From Enoplolaimus lenunculus (taxonomy: Eukaryota), in contig JASANG010001128.1 of assembly GCA_030248215.1 (NCBI GenBank), forward strand, positions 186,001 through 250,000: 64,000 nucleotides of DNA, given 5' to 3'. The translations under genes were made by a program, and so were the position numbers. This document shows, piece by piece, positions 1 to 14,200 of the stretch (position 1 is the stretch's first letter; each line of letters starts with the position of its first letter). The notes under the pieces are model-generated. The model had not been told where the DNA came from, searched no databases, and saw only the letters and a program-made list of their open reading frames with translations.

Positions 1-356
1 CCTGCTTGTTGATTGAGTCCTACAAAATTTATCCCGTTCGCTATGATCGGTCGCAAACGAGGTTGTACTCTTTCGAAATGAATTATTAACCATACTCCTG
101 TTATTGAGTATTTTTACTAATAACGTGTCAATTTTATTACTTTCTTTAATAATATGTACATTTTTTCCGTCGTTTTTCAGCGGCGATAAGGGGGATACAC
201 GACTGAAATTTGTAGAAAAACCAGAAAAATGCTACGATTAAATGTTTTTAGAAACTAAAATAACCTGATGGAACCTAGGCCAATGTCACAAAAGGCCTTG
301 TTTGATCGTTAGGCTCGATCACAAACAACTCTGCGTAATGTTATACCCGTCCGACA

Positions 357-515
357 CAGGATCGTAGCCAGCTCACCTTGCTAGTGGAAGCTAAAAAATT
401 ACAGGAGGGTCATACATAGGTTTTTAATGACTTACAAGCAAGGTTACAAAAATTCGGGGGGTGGGGCAAAATTTTGCCAGGGGGGGGGCTGAGCCCCTTC
501 TTGGTTTCGGGCCTG
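357..515. mobile_element. About 160-bp hAT-like MITE (TIR CAGGCCCGTAGCCA, 8-bp TSD)
   Basis: Flanks GTCCGACA / GTCCGAAA; same internal sequence as copies at 4564, 6992, 11257, 13173 and 16671. Confidence 0.75.
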
Positions 516-3105
516 GTCCGAAATAATATCCTGCCTGCAGTTTTACGTCTGAGTGTTTGAACGATGTCAATTCCATTACTTTAAGAGTTTTCACTTTTGT
601 TTTCAACATTTTTTCAATTTTCTTTTTGAAACGATTTTTGTTCAGTGGGTGGAGAAATATACTTTTAATTTGAATGTATCAATTGTGTATGGGGGATTGT
701 GACTAGTAAAATTAATCGTAGCTGGGCACAGCGAGAGTTAATTGGATCTTTGTAGGGTAGCGGCAATTTTTAGAGGAAGCCAATAATTTTCGTTCGTTGG
801 TATATTGGGTTTTATGGGAGGGTTATCGGTATATTTGGTTTTGTGGGTTAAGATACTTGTGGGACTGAATAAAGTCTTTGGAGTAACATTTTGTTGACGT
901 AAACAGCGCGTGATCCAGAAAATTCTGACATGGGGGGAGTCGGGCAAATGTTAATTGCGGTACCCAAGGTACTGTTGAAGACTCAAAAACATGGAAATGC
1001 AACCTGGCGGTCTCTGGATTCGCTAGTCGTCATAAAATTTGGTGAGGCCGCTCTCTAAAAGCTTAAACTAACTGGATTTAAGCTTAAACTAATCCAGCAG
1101 TATTAAACTAAGTTTCTAGATTAACTGAACTAACAGGCTGGTTTAGTCTTAGACTAAATTAAAATCTTACGCATCTTTAATTTAAGCTAAGCTTAGTGAA
1201 CTCATAGATACACATAATTTCTGTGCTGCACTTGTCACTTAAACTAAAAATAAGTTTATTTAAACTCGTGTTAAACTTAAAAACGCGTTAGTTTCAGTAA
1301 AACTTAAAATTCTAGTTTAATTAGTCCGTCCAGCCATTTAAGTTTTACTTAAACTAATGTTCAAGCTTAGTTAAGCTATAATTTAAGTTTAAAGTTTTTA
1401 GTGAGTGCACATTTTGTGGGAATATTGTAACATTTCTGTGGACTGCGAACAATTTAATCAGGTTCTTGCCTGAAAATTTGACGTAACGGTGCGCTGAAAG
1501 CACGGGCGTAGGGGTGAGCGTAGGAGCAACACCCATTTCAGCTGATAAAAACACTTTCAGCTGGTTCAATTTTTAGTATATTTTTCTACCTTTAACTTCC
1601 GGTTGACTATCACAAGTTCAGTAGTCCGCCCCACGCATTTTTTTAAAAATTCCTAGCTGCGTTACTGTCTGTAGGGGTACTGGTTTACCCCCCCCCCCAG
1701 ATAAAGTGTCCCTCCCCCACGTACATAACTAATCTGACGTTTAGCATAAGCCTAAGGTTCAGAATAAGCCTAAACTTAAGCTTATACCTAAGCCTATGCC
1801 TTAGTATAAGCATAAGTCAAGCATAAACCTAATCCATAGCGTGAGAACAACCCTAAGCTAAGCCTCAACCTAAGCCTAAGCTTAATACTCTGGGAATTAG
1901 CCTGAGACTAAACCCAAGACTAAGCATAACCAGCGTGTGATGAACGTTTGCTTTCTATCAAATGAACACTTGTATGGCACGGAGCAAATAACCACATCTA
2001 TGGGTACACAATGGATCCCGGTCGAAATTAAAAATCGACGCCACGGACCAACGGCGAAGCCAACGGGGCTTATAAGTCAAACCTCTCAACCCTGTATTAG
2101 TTTTGACCAGGGGTTTTGAGAAACTTTTTCAGCTGTCACAAGAGAAACTCTTCTTCGAAATTTTTGCACAAAACCTACCCCCTCTAATCCCATTTTTCCG
2201 AAATCATGGCTACAGACGTCTTATCGTCATCATAAGATGTTTATTTTTTGATTCTTCGAAATTTTTGCACAGAACCTAACCCCCCCAACTCCATTTTGGC
2301 ATTATTGCAACATATTTACAATGAGTTTTTACTATTACTAAACGTCAAGTACTAAAAAAACGCTAACAGCAAACAGTCTAAAATTGGAGTTATTTCTTTT
2401 TGTAACTTTTAAACTTTGTTCAATTTTAAATTATTTAAAACAACAACTGTACGGCAACTAAAACGTGGGGGCGACGATACCAGTGGCAGCCCCCCAAGGA
2501 TAGTTTAGCGTGATTTTGGCCGTGTTTTTTTTACACTATTCGAAGTTAGGCAAATTTTTCTGTAAAAATTGCCACGATACCCCCGCCTGATAGAAATGTC
2601 TGGATGTGCGGCCTGAGTAAAGTTTTGTTTGACATCAGCGCAGGTACTCAGCTGAACAATATTTTGATACAAACTGTTTTTGTTGAGCGTGAGTTCGTGC
2701 GGTTGTCCCTCCTGTTGCGGTCTCTTTCGTCTCAGTCATTTTGAGTCGAGAGGCGGGCGAGTCGGGGGGGGGGGGGGGGGGGAAAGGTACTCTTAAGAAT
2801 GTTTTGAGTTAATGATTAAACATATCATCTTAGAATATTTTTCATCATTTCAAAGTTTATTTTTTTACACATTGGGACATCCTGGTGGATTTTTTACGGT
2901 GGCAAAATACATTTTTTTATTCAAAAACGCGAAAGTGGTGAAATGACCGATGTTAACTTTGAAAAGTTTACTTTGAAGTAAAAATGAAAAATACTCGAGT
3001 GAAATGAAAATATCTTGGCTACGAGTGTGTTGGCCTGGTGTCAGTGTGGATGCTGACCTGGTCTTACATTGTTGATTTCCGTCTTATTAACTGCTAAAAA
3101 AGCGC

Positions 3106-3373
3106 GGCCCATGTAAAGATCAGGGGCGGAGAGTTTTTCTGTGGGACTGCAATAGAGTCAGCTTAAGCTTTAGACGAATTTTTTTGCTTGGCTTAGGCTT
3201 ACGAATAAACTCATTCTTACGCTCAGGCTTAGGCATAGGCTTAGGCTTAGGCTTAGGCTTAGGAATAAACTCATTCTTACGCTCAGGCTTAGGCATAGGC
3301 TTAGGCTTAGGTTTAGGCTTAGGTTTAAGAATACACTTAGATTTCTGTTCCGCTCGTGTTGTTTACATTGGCC
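3106..3373 (+). mobile_element. TTAGGC-bearing MITE, subfamily A
   Basis: Begins GGCCCATGTAAAGATCAGGGGCGGA and ends TTTACATTGGCC; internal (TTAGGC)n; flanks AAAAGCGC / AAAAGCAC (8-bp TSD, 7/8). Confidence 0.85.
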
Positions 3374-3819
3374 AAAAGCACAATAAACAGCATAATTTGT
3401 TGTTCTAAATTATTTTTTAAAATTTCGTTTTTTATTCTTCGTTGAACAAAATTTATTCAAAAATAAAACGTTTCTTTCATATCAGTCCAAATGTACCTGG
3501 TCCTAGTCGCAAAACCACTTTAGATACGCCTAGCATCTATGGCCAGCGGCGGATCTAGAGTTTTTGGACGGTGCAGTATCGGGCTGACAAATGTTATGAA
3601 ACGCAATTTTTACTGTATGCTATATATGTCATTGGCAGCAAGAAATTGGAAGGTAGGGAGTTTATCATTGTATCACTGAAAATTTTCTGACGAGAGAGCG
3701 TATGCACCCGCGCCTGTCTCCTTCTAGATCAGCTAATGTTTATGACAGCTGCTTCAGGTTTCTAATTTGTCAGAGTTTTTGCAGTTGATGGAACGCATTT
3801 ATATTTTTTGCCGTTACTT

Positions 3820-4309
3820 TTAGGACGTCCCGTTTTCTGCATGAAAACCAAAGAGTAGGCTTAGATTTCAGACTACATTTTTTGCTTAAAATTAGGCTTA
3901 GGCTTACACTTCTCACAGGCTTAGACTGAGGTTTAGGAATATGCTTAATCTACAATTACGGCCTTAAAAGTAACATTGGCCTAAAACTTAATAAACTTCA
4001 CAGTTATCAGAAACAGGTTTATATTTCGGATTATATTTTTGCTTATGTTTAGGCATAAGCTTTGGGTTTTAATTTTTCAACGATTGGGCTTAGGCTTAGA
4101 AACAAGCTAAATCTAAAGTAGCTTCCCTAACTGTAACATTGGCGTACAGCTTAATAACCTTGATATTTATTTATCTGAAGTAGGTTTAGATTTCGGACTA
4201 TGTTTTTTGCTTATGGTTAGGCTTAGGCGTAGGTTTACACTTTTAATTTAGGGCTTAGGTTTAGGAACAAGCTAAATCTAAAGTAATGGCCCTAATAGTA
4301 ACATTGACC
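3820..4309 (+). mobile_element. Three degenerate tandem copies or partials of TTAGGC-bearing MITE subfamily B
   Basis: The block GTAGGTTTAGATTTC...TTAGGCTTAGG...TAATCTA...GTAACATTGGCC-like repeats, ending near 3981, 4144 and 4309. Confidence 0.6.
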
Positions 4310-4563
4310 TAAAGCTTTCTTGATAGTTATCTCAAAAATCGAAGATTCTGCTTTCTGGCGAAAGTACTTACCCAAATAATTAGATGATAAATGCTTGGCA
4401 ACAAATAAAATAGTGACCAGAAGCGAAGACGATAATTAATTATACCACCCATGACCATTAGGCACCATTTGATTAAACATTATCGGGCAGGAACGGTGTT
4501 TAATAAAGTCCCTCGGACAGTACCGAGTTCTCGGCCTTCGAGTCTCGAGCTGTTGGAACAACG

Positions 4564-4723
4564 CGGGCCCGTAGCCAATGAGGAGAGGGCTCAGCCACCC
4601 TGGAAAAATTTTGGCCCCCCTAAAAATATCAATCTTGCAAGACATTAAAAACCCTTGAATGCGCCTCCTGAAAATTTTTTAGCCAGCCCTCCCCCCAAGC
4701 AAGGTGAGCTGACTACGGGCCTG
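4564..4723. mobile_element. hAT-like MITE (CAGGCCCGTAGCCA family)
   Basis: TIRs CGGGCCCGTAGCCA / TGACTACGGGCCTG; flanks GAACAACG / GCACAACC. Confidence 0.75.
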
Positions 4724-5220
4724 GCACAACCACGCGGTGTTTTTATTAAAAATTGTTGTATCTACCCTAGGGTACCTTGGGTGTCAAATGTAGCATGAAC
4801 CAAGGCCTACGGGCTATATAACACTTATCGCCCTACTCCCAGGGCAAAATAATACATTTATGAATATTATTTTATAATATGAAGAATCTCTTGCCAGGGT
4901 AAGCTGAAGTTAGGGCCATCCTATGGCTTAATTTACAACACTTCAGTTTTTCTATTTTCGTGTAAATTTGCATATTTTACGTTGTTTGCCACTGCTGAGC
5001 GCTTCCCTTGTTTAAAAACTTAGTACTAAATTGTCTATAGATGCTATACTTAACTGAGTATTTTAGTTGTTTTTCTATGAATACAAATTTTTGGCTGAGG
5101 TCACAGTTCAAAATGATAATTTTGTTCACTCAAGTGTCCGTATTCTTAAATGTGTGTAGCACCTATTACCAGTTGACGAGTGGTCTTGTGTAACACGAGT
5201 GAACATTTTTAATATTGCAG

Positions 5221-8200
5221 GAGGTCGCTCGCCTCATTTCACTCGCCGTTCAATTCAACCCAACCATCAACTCGAAGTCGACACTGGTTTCAACGGCAGT
5301 TTCCTTTCATCTGAACCGAGTGCTGCCACGAACTTATCCAATTTGTCCGCTCCGGTCGATTCTGCCATGCCTCACAGCCAGCCGTGGTCACTTACGGGCG
5401 GTCATAGGACCACTTCGTCGTTGGACAGTTCAGCCGACTCGTCTACAGCTGCTGATAGCCCGAAGTACTGGGAGCGTCGAGATTCAGGGGTCGGATCGAG
5501 TATTTGTCAGTCGCCAAGGTGAGCTAACAAGCTTGCTTGAGAAATATTTAGGACAAAAATTCGAACCCGTAGGCTTGATTTGTACCAGTGTTGGCCGTCG
5601 CACTATGGGTTCCATTGGGTTCTGCCCTTCTGGAAAAATTTTCCCTTAAAACTTTTAGACTGCGTGTAATTTTTCTGAATTCTCCGTATGCCCCCCCTTC
5701 TAAATTTTTAACCTCCGCCATGGAATATTCTCATCTGGCTACGGGTTTTCAAAATTAATTAAATCAAACAAATTTACAAAAACGTATATTGTAAATGTTG
5801 TTTGGTTCGATACGCAGGTTTTGGTCGCAAATTTATAACCAGTTGCTTTCAGCATGTCGGCCCATGTAAAGATCATGGGCGGAACGCTTTTCTGTGTGAC
5901 TGCAATAGCGTAAGCTTAATCTTTAGTCTGGTTTTTGCTTGGCTTAAGCTTAGCCTTAGGCTTAGGCTTAGTAATATGCTCATTCTTACACTTACGGAAC
6001 AGTATTATATATAAGCATATCCCTAATCTTAAGCCTAAGCTTAAGCCTAAGCCTAAGCGTAAGAATGAGCATATTCCTAAGCCTAAGCCGACGACGCCTA
6101 ACCCAAACCCCAACAAAGCAATAAGTCTAAAGTTATAAGCTTACTCTATTGCAGTCGCACAGAAAAACGTTCCGCCTCTGATCTTTACATGGACCTCTTC
6201 GAAATTTTAATAAAACGTAACCTTCTGTTTTCACAAATGCTGGCTGCGGCTCCTGAATCAAGCAATATTTAGTATATTTCAGCGCCCCTGCTCGGCCGCG
6301 AGTCCGTTGGAGCAGTTTTCGAAATCGTGTTTCGTCATCGGCGCCGTACTCTCGTGACGGTGACGTCAGTTCAGCAGCTCGCGATCTTCCTTGCGCTCTT
6401 AGCAGCGTAGCCCTTGATGCACTTTCAGTTCCACAATTCGTCACTCTTCAAAAACATTCCTTGTTTCGACTGACTGTCCTTATGGATAAATATTCACCGT
6501 CGAGTAAAACTGGCTGGAACTGGTACGTTTTAGTTGCCAGGGGGGACTCGCCGTCTGTCCTAATTCGTCCCCCCATTCAGTTTTGGAAATGTTTTTGCGT
6601 CGCTGGCACATTATGCTAATTGCCTGCATATTCCATACTGTAATTGATTTGGTGATTTTTGGATCTAAGCTGGTTTATAATGACTCTATCACGCCGGGTT
6701 TTGTTTTTTATTAAGGTTTCGGAAACTGGTTACTTGGTTTTTAAGGGTATACCAAAATGGGAGCTAAACGAGCTGTACCAGGAGTTCGATGAGAACCGGA
6801 GACAGTGGCGGATTTAGGCTTTGGAGCGCGGGCAGATGTATCTCTTTCCACCAGCCCTGTTGTGTTAAAAATTTTGCTATGGAAATAGTTTTATCGAAGC
6901 TCTGTGTTTTCCACACAAATTGGTGAAAAAATACGACGGCGTTGTTGTAATCCAAAATTTAAAAAAGTTTGAGCCCTCGGCGCCTTCGATCCAGGACCGT
7001 AGCCAGTTCACCTTGCTAGGGCGGGGGAGGGCTAAAAAATTTTCAGGAGAGGCATTTAAGGCTTTTTAGTGACTTGCAAGCAAGGTTGAAAATTTTTAGG
7101 GGTGGTAAAAATTTTCCAGGGGGGCTGAGCCCTTCCCCCCTTGGCTACGGGCACGCTTCGATCAATCCTTAAAATGTTGAAATATCGAAAAATTTGCTAA
7201 AAACGCTTCAAAACTGTACAAGTTCGTGGCACAAAAAGTATCTTTGTCCACCGTAAGTTCCGGGATCCACCGCTAACGAGAGCACCATTGGTCATGACGA
7301 CAGATAATTATTTTTCCGAATCGCCTAGCTATGTAATATTTCGCTACTTTTATAGCGAGAATGTCGAAATATTTACGCTTCTATAGTGTTCGTTATACAA
7401 ATTTTTTGTTTTGTTTCAGGGGCGTTCAGAAATTTTGGCGAAAAATGAAAACAACAGATAGTAACAAGTCAACGAAAGGTATGTTTCTTGTGAATTCCAT
7501 AATACAAGAGACTTTAGGTTGTTAAACTAAACGTGATTAATTCATTGTGCAATTTCAAATTTAGTAGCATTCACGCTTATTCCTAAGCCTAAGCCTAAGC
7601 CTATGCGTAAGAATGCGTTTATTCCTAAGCTTTAGCGTAAGCCTAAGCTTAAGAAAAGCAAAAAATGTAGTCTAAAGCATAAGCCTACTCTATTCTAGTC
7701 CAACAGCAAAACGTTCCGCCCCTGATCTTTACATTGGACCGTATGGCTATGAGCCGTGTCGGAACTAATTGTTGCTACAGTAAGAAATTGCAAATTGCAC
7801 AATTCACAAACCGAAAGTATAAACCATCACTACTGCGTTGCCAATCTTACCGTAAGAACCAAAATTTCAGTCGTTTTTTCGGTACCAGCGCCCATCAAAT
7901 CAATTTCCTTCGTGCGCACGCTGCATTTTACCCAATTTGAAAAAATTGCTAATTGCAGATTGCACCAAACCAAATAAAATATTCGGTGTGCAGTTGACAC
8001 AAATTGCTCAACAATCCGGTCAACCGCTTCCGCAGTGCATTCTGCATGCGATGCGATTTTTGTTATCCCAATCGCGAGACGCCGTCGGGATATTTCGAAA
8101 ACCTGGACTCCGATCACGAATTAAACGGCTCAAAGAAGAATTTGAACAAACTCAAGGTAAACCGGTAGCGGGCGGGGCAAGCAGCTTACAAAATATTGTA

Positions 8201-11200
8201 ATTCAAATGAAAGCGGATATAATTTGATCCCGGTTCAGAATTTGGGTTTAAAACAAGTTTCGATTTGGTTATTGCAAATTATTCGGGTCAAAGTGTCTTC
8301 TAAAAATCAAGATTATGCGACCACAAACAACAGTGCATGGATGTATTTCAATTGCGAATTGAAATATTTAAATTTGTTTGTTATATTTTGAGTAAAATAA
8401 GAAATGAATACAAATTGTCTCGTTTTATTAATGTCATTAATTACTTAAAACAAACAGCGCTGATCCACGCGTCGTAAAGATTGTTACACATTAACGAATC
8501 TGGCAATTCGCGTAAGTACAACATAAGCAGACCTGAAATTGAAAACCAATAACTCCGTCACTACTGAGCTAAGCAGGGCAAAGCCCCGTTGAAAAGCATT
8601 CTACACAGTGATTTATACATTTAGGTTTATAGGGGATACCCCGAAAATTTTCTGATAAGACTCGGAAAGCGACCCTTTTGCACGCTGTAGAATAACCAGC
8701 AGATGTCAAAAAAATTTCGCTCACTTGACTCTCTGGTCATAAAACGCTTCAAACGAGGTTATCTCGTTCCGAAATGAAATCGTGGCTACGTCCTTGTGTC
8801 GAAGAATATGCAAAATTTCAAAGTTCTAATTTCAAATTGCACAAAATTGCAGTAAACAAGTGTGCAATGTGCAATTTTCAGATCTTGTATCATTTGACGC
8901 GTCACAAGTGTACGATGTTGCCGATTTGGTTAAACAGTATTTCCGCGATTTACCTGAACCTTTGTTGACCAGTAAACTGTCCGAAACACTGATCGCTATT
9001 CAAATGCGTAAGTGACGCACCCGTAGACGGACGGGGCAAGGGCGGACTCAGCCTCCCTTAGAAAATTTTTGAACCTTCTAAAAAATGCTTAACCTTGCTT
9101 GCCAAGTAATCGAAAATTTTTGTATGCCCCTCCTGAAAAGTTTTTAGCCCCGGCCCAAAAATTTTTATTCCACCCTTTTCAAAGGAACGTTCTTCGTTGC
9201 CTAGATATGTTCTTACGCTCTCTAGTCACAATTCCTGGCTACGGGGGGTTATTTGTTAAGTGTAATTCAAGTTGTTGTAGTCAACTGTACCGTAAACGAT
9301 AATCAGTATGTTAGATTCCCCGGGTTGAATGCGCTACATTACAGTGAATATGTTGTGCTTATGGAGTGTGAACGCTGGTTCATAAATGGATTAAGTAGAT
9401 TTTTTGCTAGGAAATTGAAAATTCGATCCACAATTTTCCCTGATAAAATATCAACTCAAAAAATGCGGAGTTTTTTTACAATTTTGTCGTGAAAACAAAT
9501 TTGAAAAAAATTCCAGATAAAATATTAACTCAAAAACTGCGGAGTTTTTTTACAATTTTTGTCGTGAAAACAATTTTGAGAAAAATAATTTTTGTTTTTT
9601 TTTTGTTTTATTTTAGATGTACCAGTGGATCAACGGCGTGATGCGATACAAAAATGTATTATACTTTTACCTGATGAAAATCGTGAAGTTTTACAAACGT
9701 TGCTTCAATTTCTACACGACATTGCGTCCAATTCTGAACAAAACAAGGTAAGTGATGTTAAAATGTTTCATTCCTAAAACGTTTTTTTGTACCAACTTTA
9801 TGCGCCGTTCACAATAATTTTGTCAACGATGCCACAAAATTTCTTATAGACCAGGGCCTCTCACAATCTCGCTTTGAAACCGACCTCACGATAGCCGTGG
9901 CCTGTGAGAGATTTTGTGGCACTGTTGACAAAATTATTGTGAACGACTCAATTTAACCAACGGTAAAAAAAACTTTTCGCTAAAAATGATGCATAACCTT
10001 TGAGTATACTTTTGTAATTTTTTAAATTAATTTTCGGTTGTATTTCAGTATAATTTTGCCGCTCGATTTGAAGTGACTCTTTGAAATAATTTATTTCCAG
10101 ATGACCGCAGAAAATCTGTCGCTCTGCTTTGCGCCGAGTCTATTTCAACTCAGTTCCCGTGTGATCGGAAGTCCTCAGCCGCGGGGTCGTCATAAAACTA
10201 TGACCGAAGGTTTGCCGAAAGAACGCGATATCCTCGAGAGTAACGCTGCTAACAGATCGCTTGCGATGATGGTGCAACTGTCGAAATCGCTGTTTGTGGT
10301 ATTGGATTTCTTGATTTATAATCCATGAACAGGGCCAACCAGTGGGAAGAGGTGTAACAGGAGTATAAGCATATATCTAAGCATAAGCTTACGCCTCAGC
10401 GTTATAGTCAAGGCCTAAACCTAAAACCTAAAAATAAGTTTAAGCATTAAGCCAACTCTGTTGGAGTCCAGTGGAAAAATGGTGCACGTCTCAAAATATA
10501 TTCCAAATGAAAGGATCAGGAAGGGACAAACCAACTCAAGTTGGACTCAACTGCTTATAATTATAAATTCGGAGAAAAATGTAGTGTAAATTGTAATGCT
10601 GAATTTTGTTAGGTTGAAAGGATCTGAAAGGGACAAACCAACTCAAGTTGGACTCAACTGCTTATAATTATATATTCGGAGGAAATTGTAGTGTAAGTTG
10701 TAATGCTGAATTTTGTTAGGTCATAGGAAGGTACTACTTTTTGAAAATGCACCATGAATATGACATTAAACACCAGGTTACCAGTAGAAATATAGGAGAT
10801 ATACCCTTAATATTTTTGCAAGAATGAAAAATCAAACACAAGTTATTGAAAATGCGATGCAACCGTTCTTGGAGGTCAAAAATTGTGCCTCGATTGCTGG
10901 CAATACAGCCTTTACTCGACGTTATACCCTGCCGAAAATCCTGGTTTTGAACTTGAAACAGGAACAGATCCGGTGCTGGCCTGTTCGACGATATCTTTGA
11001 GTATTTGAAAAAAATTCAAATTTATTTTTGATGTTTTTAATTTTAGGTTTCAAATGATATACTGTCAATATGTCGTTATAGTGTGTCGGAAAGTTTGGAA
11101 CCGCGAGTGATCGAACATTTAAATTGTCTTGGAAGTGGAAATATTTTCAGATATTTTGAAGAAGCCAGTGGTGTCCAGCTTAAGGTAAGTGATTGCATTT

Positions 11201-14200
11201 GAACTGAATAATTTGTATCACTCAGAACTCTTAGTTTTGGTTAATTGCTTTTGTGTCGGGCCCGTAGCCAAGGGGGGTAGGAGGGGCTTAGCCACCCTGG
11301 AAAATTTTGGGCCCCCTTGAAAGTTTTCAACCTTGCTTGTAACTCATTGAAAACCCTTGAATGCCCCTCCTGAAAATTTTTTAGCCCACCCCTATCAAGG
11401 TGAGCTAGCTACGGGCGTGTTTTCTATGCAAATCATTCACTATTTGAGCGAGATGTATTTGTTATAAATGCTCTCGGACTTGAGTCTGCATAATACTTTT
11501 GGCCCATGTAAAGTTCAGGAGCGAAACGTTTTTCTGCGGCACTACAATAGAGTAAGCTTAAACTTCAGACTAATTTCTTTACTTGGGCTAAGGCTTGGGT
11601 ATATGCTCATTCTTACGGTTTAGGCTAAGGCTTAGGTATAAGCTCATTTTTTTGCTTAGGCTGAGTAATAATACGTTTATAGTACTGTTATGGCCCTGTT
11701 CTACACATTTTCTGTACTTTGGGAGGCCTGACCATTTTGGCGTGGAGTATTTTGTGTGCGCTACAAATATACAGCCGATTTCTTGTAGTGGGGTCCGTAT
11801 TCCGCACCCCTGCCAAACTATCGGGCTATTTTAAAGTTAGTGTATTTGAGTGGCTTAGCGTTCGAGATCAGGCAAAACTTTCTCAAATCTCTAAAATGAT
11901 ATGAAATAAACTTTTTAATTATACTTCAACACGGTGGAATTTTCCCTCCGGAGCGTTTTCTATGTTATCTGAAATTTAACAACAAGTTTTCGTTTGGGAT
12001 CCCAGACTGTTGAATGGGAAGCGGTTACCGTCACCGCTCGACTGTATACAGGCTCTCACGTCATGTGCTTTTGTTGCACTGGATATACGCAACGCATGAT
12101 GACTGTTAAACACAACCATTATATCTATATTGTTAAAGCTCGAATGCCTCACATATGTATTTTGGGCAACGTTCCAGCAATACTTTGTGTACAATAATTT
12201 GTTAGAACATAAACTGGATTGTCCTATCAAATGGAAATTGCCTGCAGATTTTTGTACATTCGCTAACACTTTTGCGCGTTGCGTAAAGTTGTACAATTAG
12301 TATTCAATATTTCGCGTAGAAAGTTTGCGATCAGTTGTTCATAGTAAAGCTGGGAAAAGGTTTATTTTTGCAGGAACACCGTGAGAAATGGAAAGGTTGG
12401 GTATCGGAAGGTACAAGTCATGATCATGTCGATATTTCATCAAGAAAACCCAACGATGATCATCCGTTAAAGCTTTGGAGGTGTTGGACAGACGTTGAAG
12501 CTCCTCCAACCGAAGTCCTCAGTCGAGTGCTCCGAGAAAGGTAAGTGGGTGCTGGCTCAACGTCCGAGTTGCTTAAACAATCCGTCGTCCAGACCAGTAA
12601 AATTTTGGCCATCCTGCAAAGCTTACGGTCCACTAATAATGGAACAAAATCCCAGCGTGTCCCTACCTTTCACAGATGTTTTTGACCTTTCAAAAATGTT
12701 GAGCTGATTACAGGCGTGAGTGGAAGTTTATCTTCTGAGACGGTATTCTCAAATGTGTATGTTGACATTTTCTGATTTCACCGCTAAGTGCTGGTTAACG
12801 ATGTCCCAGTGTTCAGACGTTAATTGGATTTGTCCACTTTTAAGTATGTTTGTTTTTTGCATTGTATATATGAATTTATGTTTTTATTTTTAGAGACATT
12901 TGGGACGATGACGTAGTCAAGTGGAAACTAATTGCCAAATTGTCCGATTCCTGTGAAATTTTTCAGTACGTCTGTGCTGATATGCCTCCACATTTGACGC
13001 GTGATTTCTGTGTTATACGGTACGTTTCATTTGATTTAACCTCTTTCCTGCATGAATATTTTCTATTTCATGAGACGGCTAGTTTTAAGCTAAGATATTA
13101 ACATAGGTCTCTCAGATGAGCGGCCTCTAGTGTCGGCGCTCAGATGTTGGAATTGGACGCTCGAGCCTGAAGCGGGCCCGTAGCCAAGGTGGGCCACGAG
13201 GGGATGAGCCCCGCTGGAAAAATTTTGGCTCCCTCAGAAGATATTTAACCTTAGTTGTAAGTCATTGAAAAGCTTTAAATGCCCTACGAAAATTTTTTAG
13301 CTCCTCCTAGCAAGGTGAGCTGGCTACGGACCTGGACTGAAGGGTCTCCCGAGTCTTGTTGATATTTCGTGCCACATATTTACAGATCTTATACAGTGTG
13401 TATGCGGTACGTATTGCACGTCCGCAGTTTCCGGTTAGTTGCTCATGATACGCACTCGACAGAAATCGGTGGGATACCGCCGAAAACTCATTTTGAAGTG
13501 TTAAAATCCCTCTCAAATCTAAAAAATCCAGCATCGAAAAGTCTAAATTTGTGTGCGGAATATTTTCAAAAACAAGTTGTAAAACTCAAATATGCAAAAA
13601 TTTTCAAAACCGAACCGATTTCATTCAAACACCTAACGTGCAACAAAAATCTGCTATATTTATGTATTCTATGCGGGGTTCACGTTACCAGTTGTGCATT
13701 TGGTACCTGTTTTGTCACTGTGCCCATGGCGGTACACACTAACTTTTTTTGTTACCCATATGGATACCAACAGATAATAATATGTTGCACATAGCTAGGT
13801 TTTTGAAATATTGACCTACCCATATCGGTAGAGTCGAGATGTCTACTCGTAGCCTATATAGATGTCAACATAATGCACTTTCAAGCTTGCTTTTTAAAAC
13901 AGCTCAGTACAGTGAGTTTTGTTTTACAAGTCTGGTTTAGTCTTTTTTACAATATATCTCTGGAAAAAATCTAAAAAATTACATAAACTATAAATATTGT
14001 TAAAACAAACTCAAGGTACCCATATGGGTAACAAACCTAAGACTAGCTACCCATAGCTACAAACGTAAGGTACCCATATGGGTAGTAGCTAGCTAGCAAC
14101 CTATTCATATAGGTTGTTTCTACGTCCTGCTATGGGTAGGTGACAAAACAGACCCCAAGCGCACAATCGGTAACGTGAACCCCGCATCAGTTCCATTCGA

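Noticed and set aside
2764..2782. Poly-G run (about 19 G), potential G-quadruplex
   Set aside because: Isolated homopolymer with unreliable length and no supporting context.
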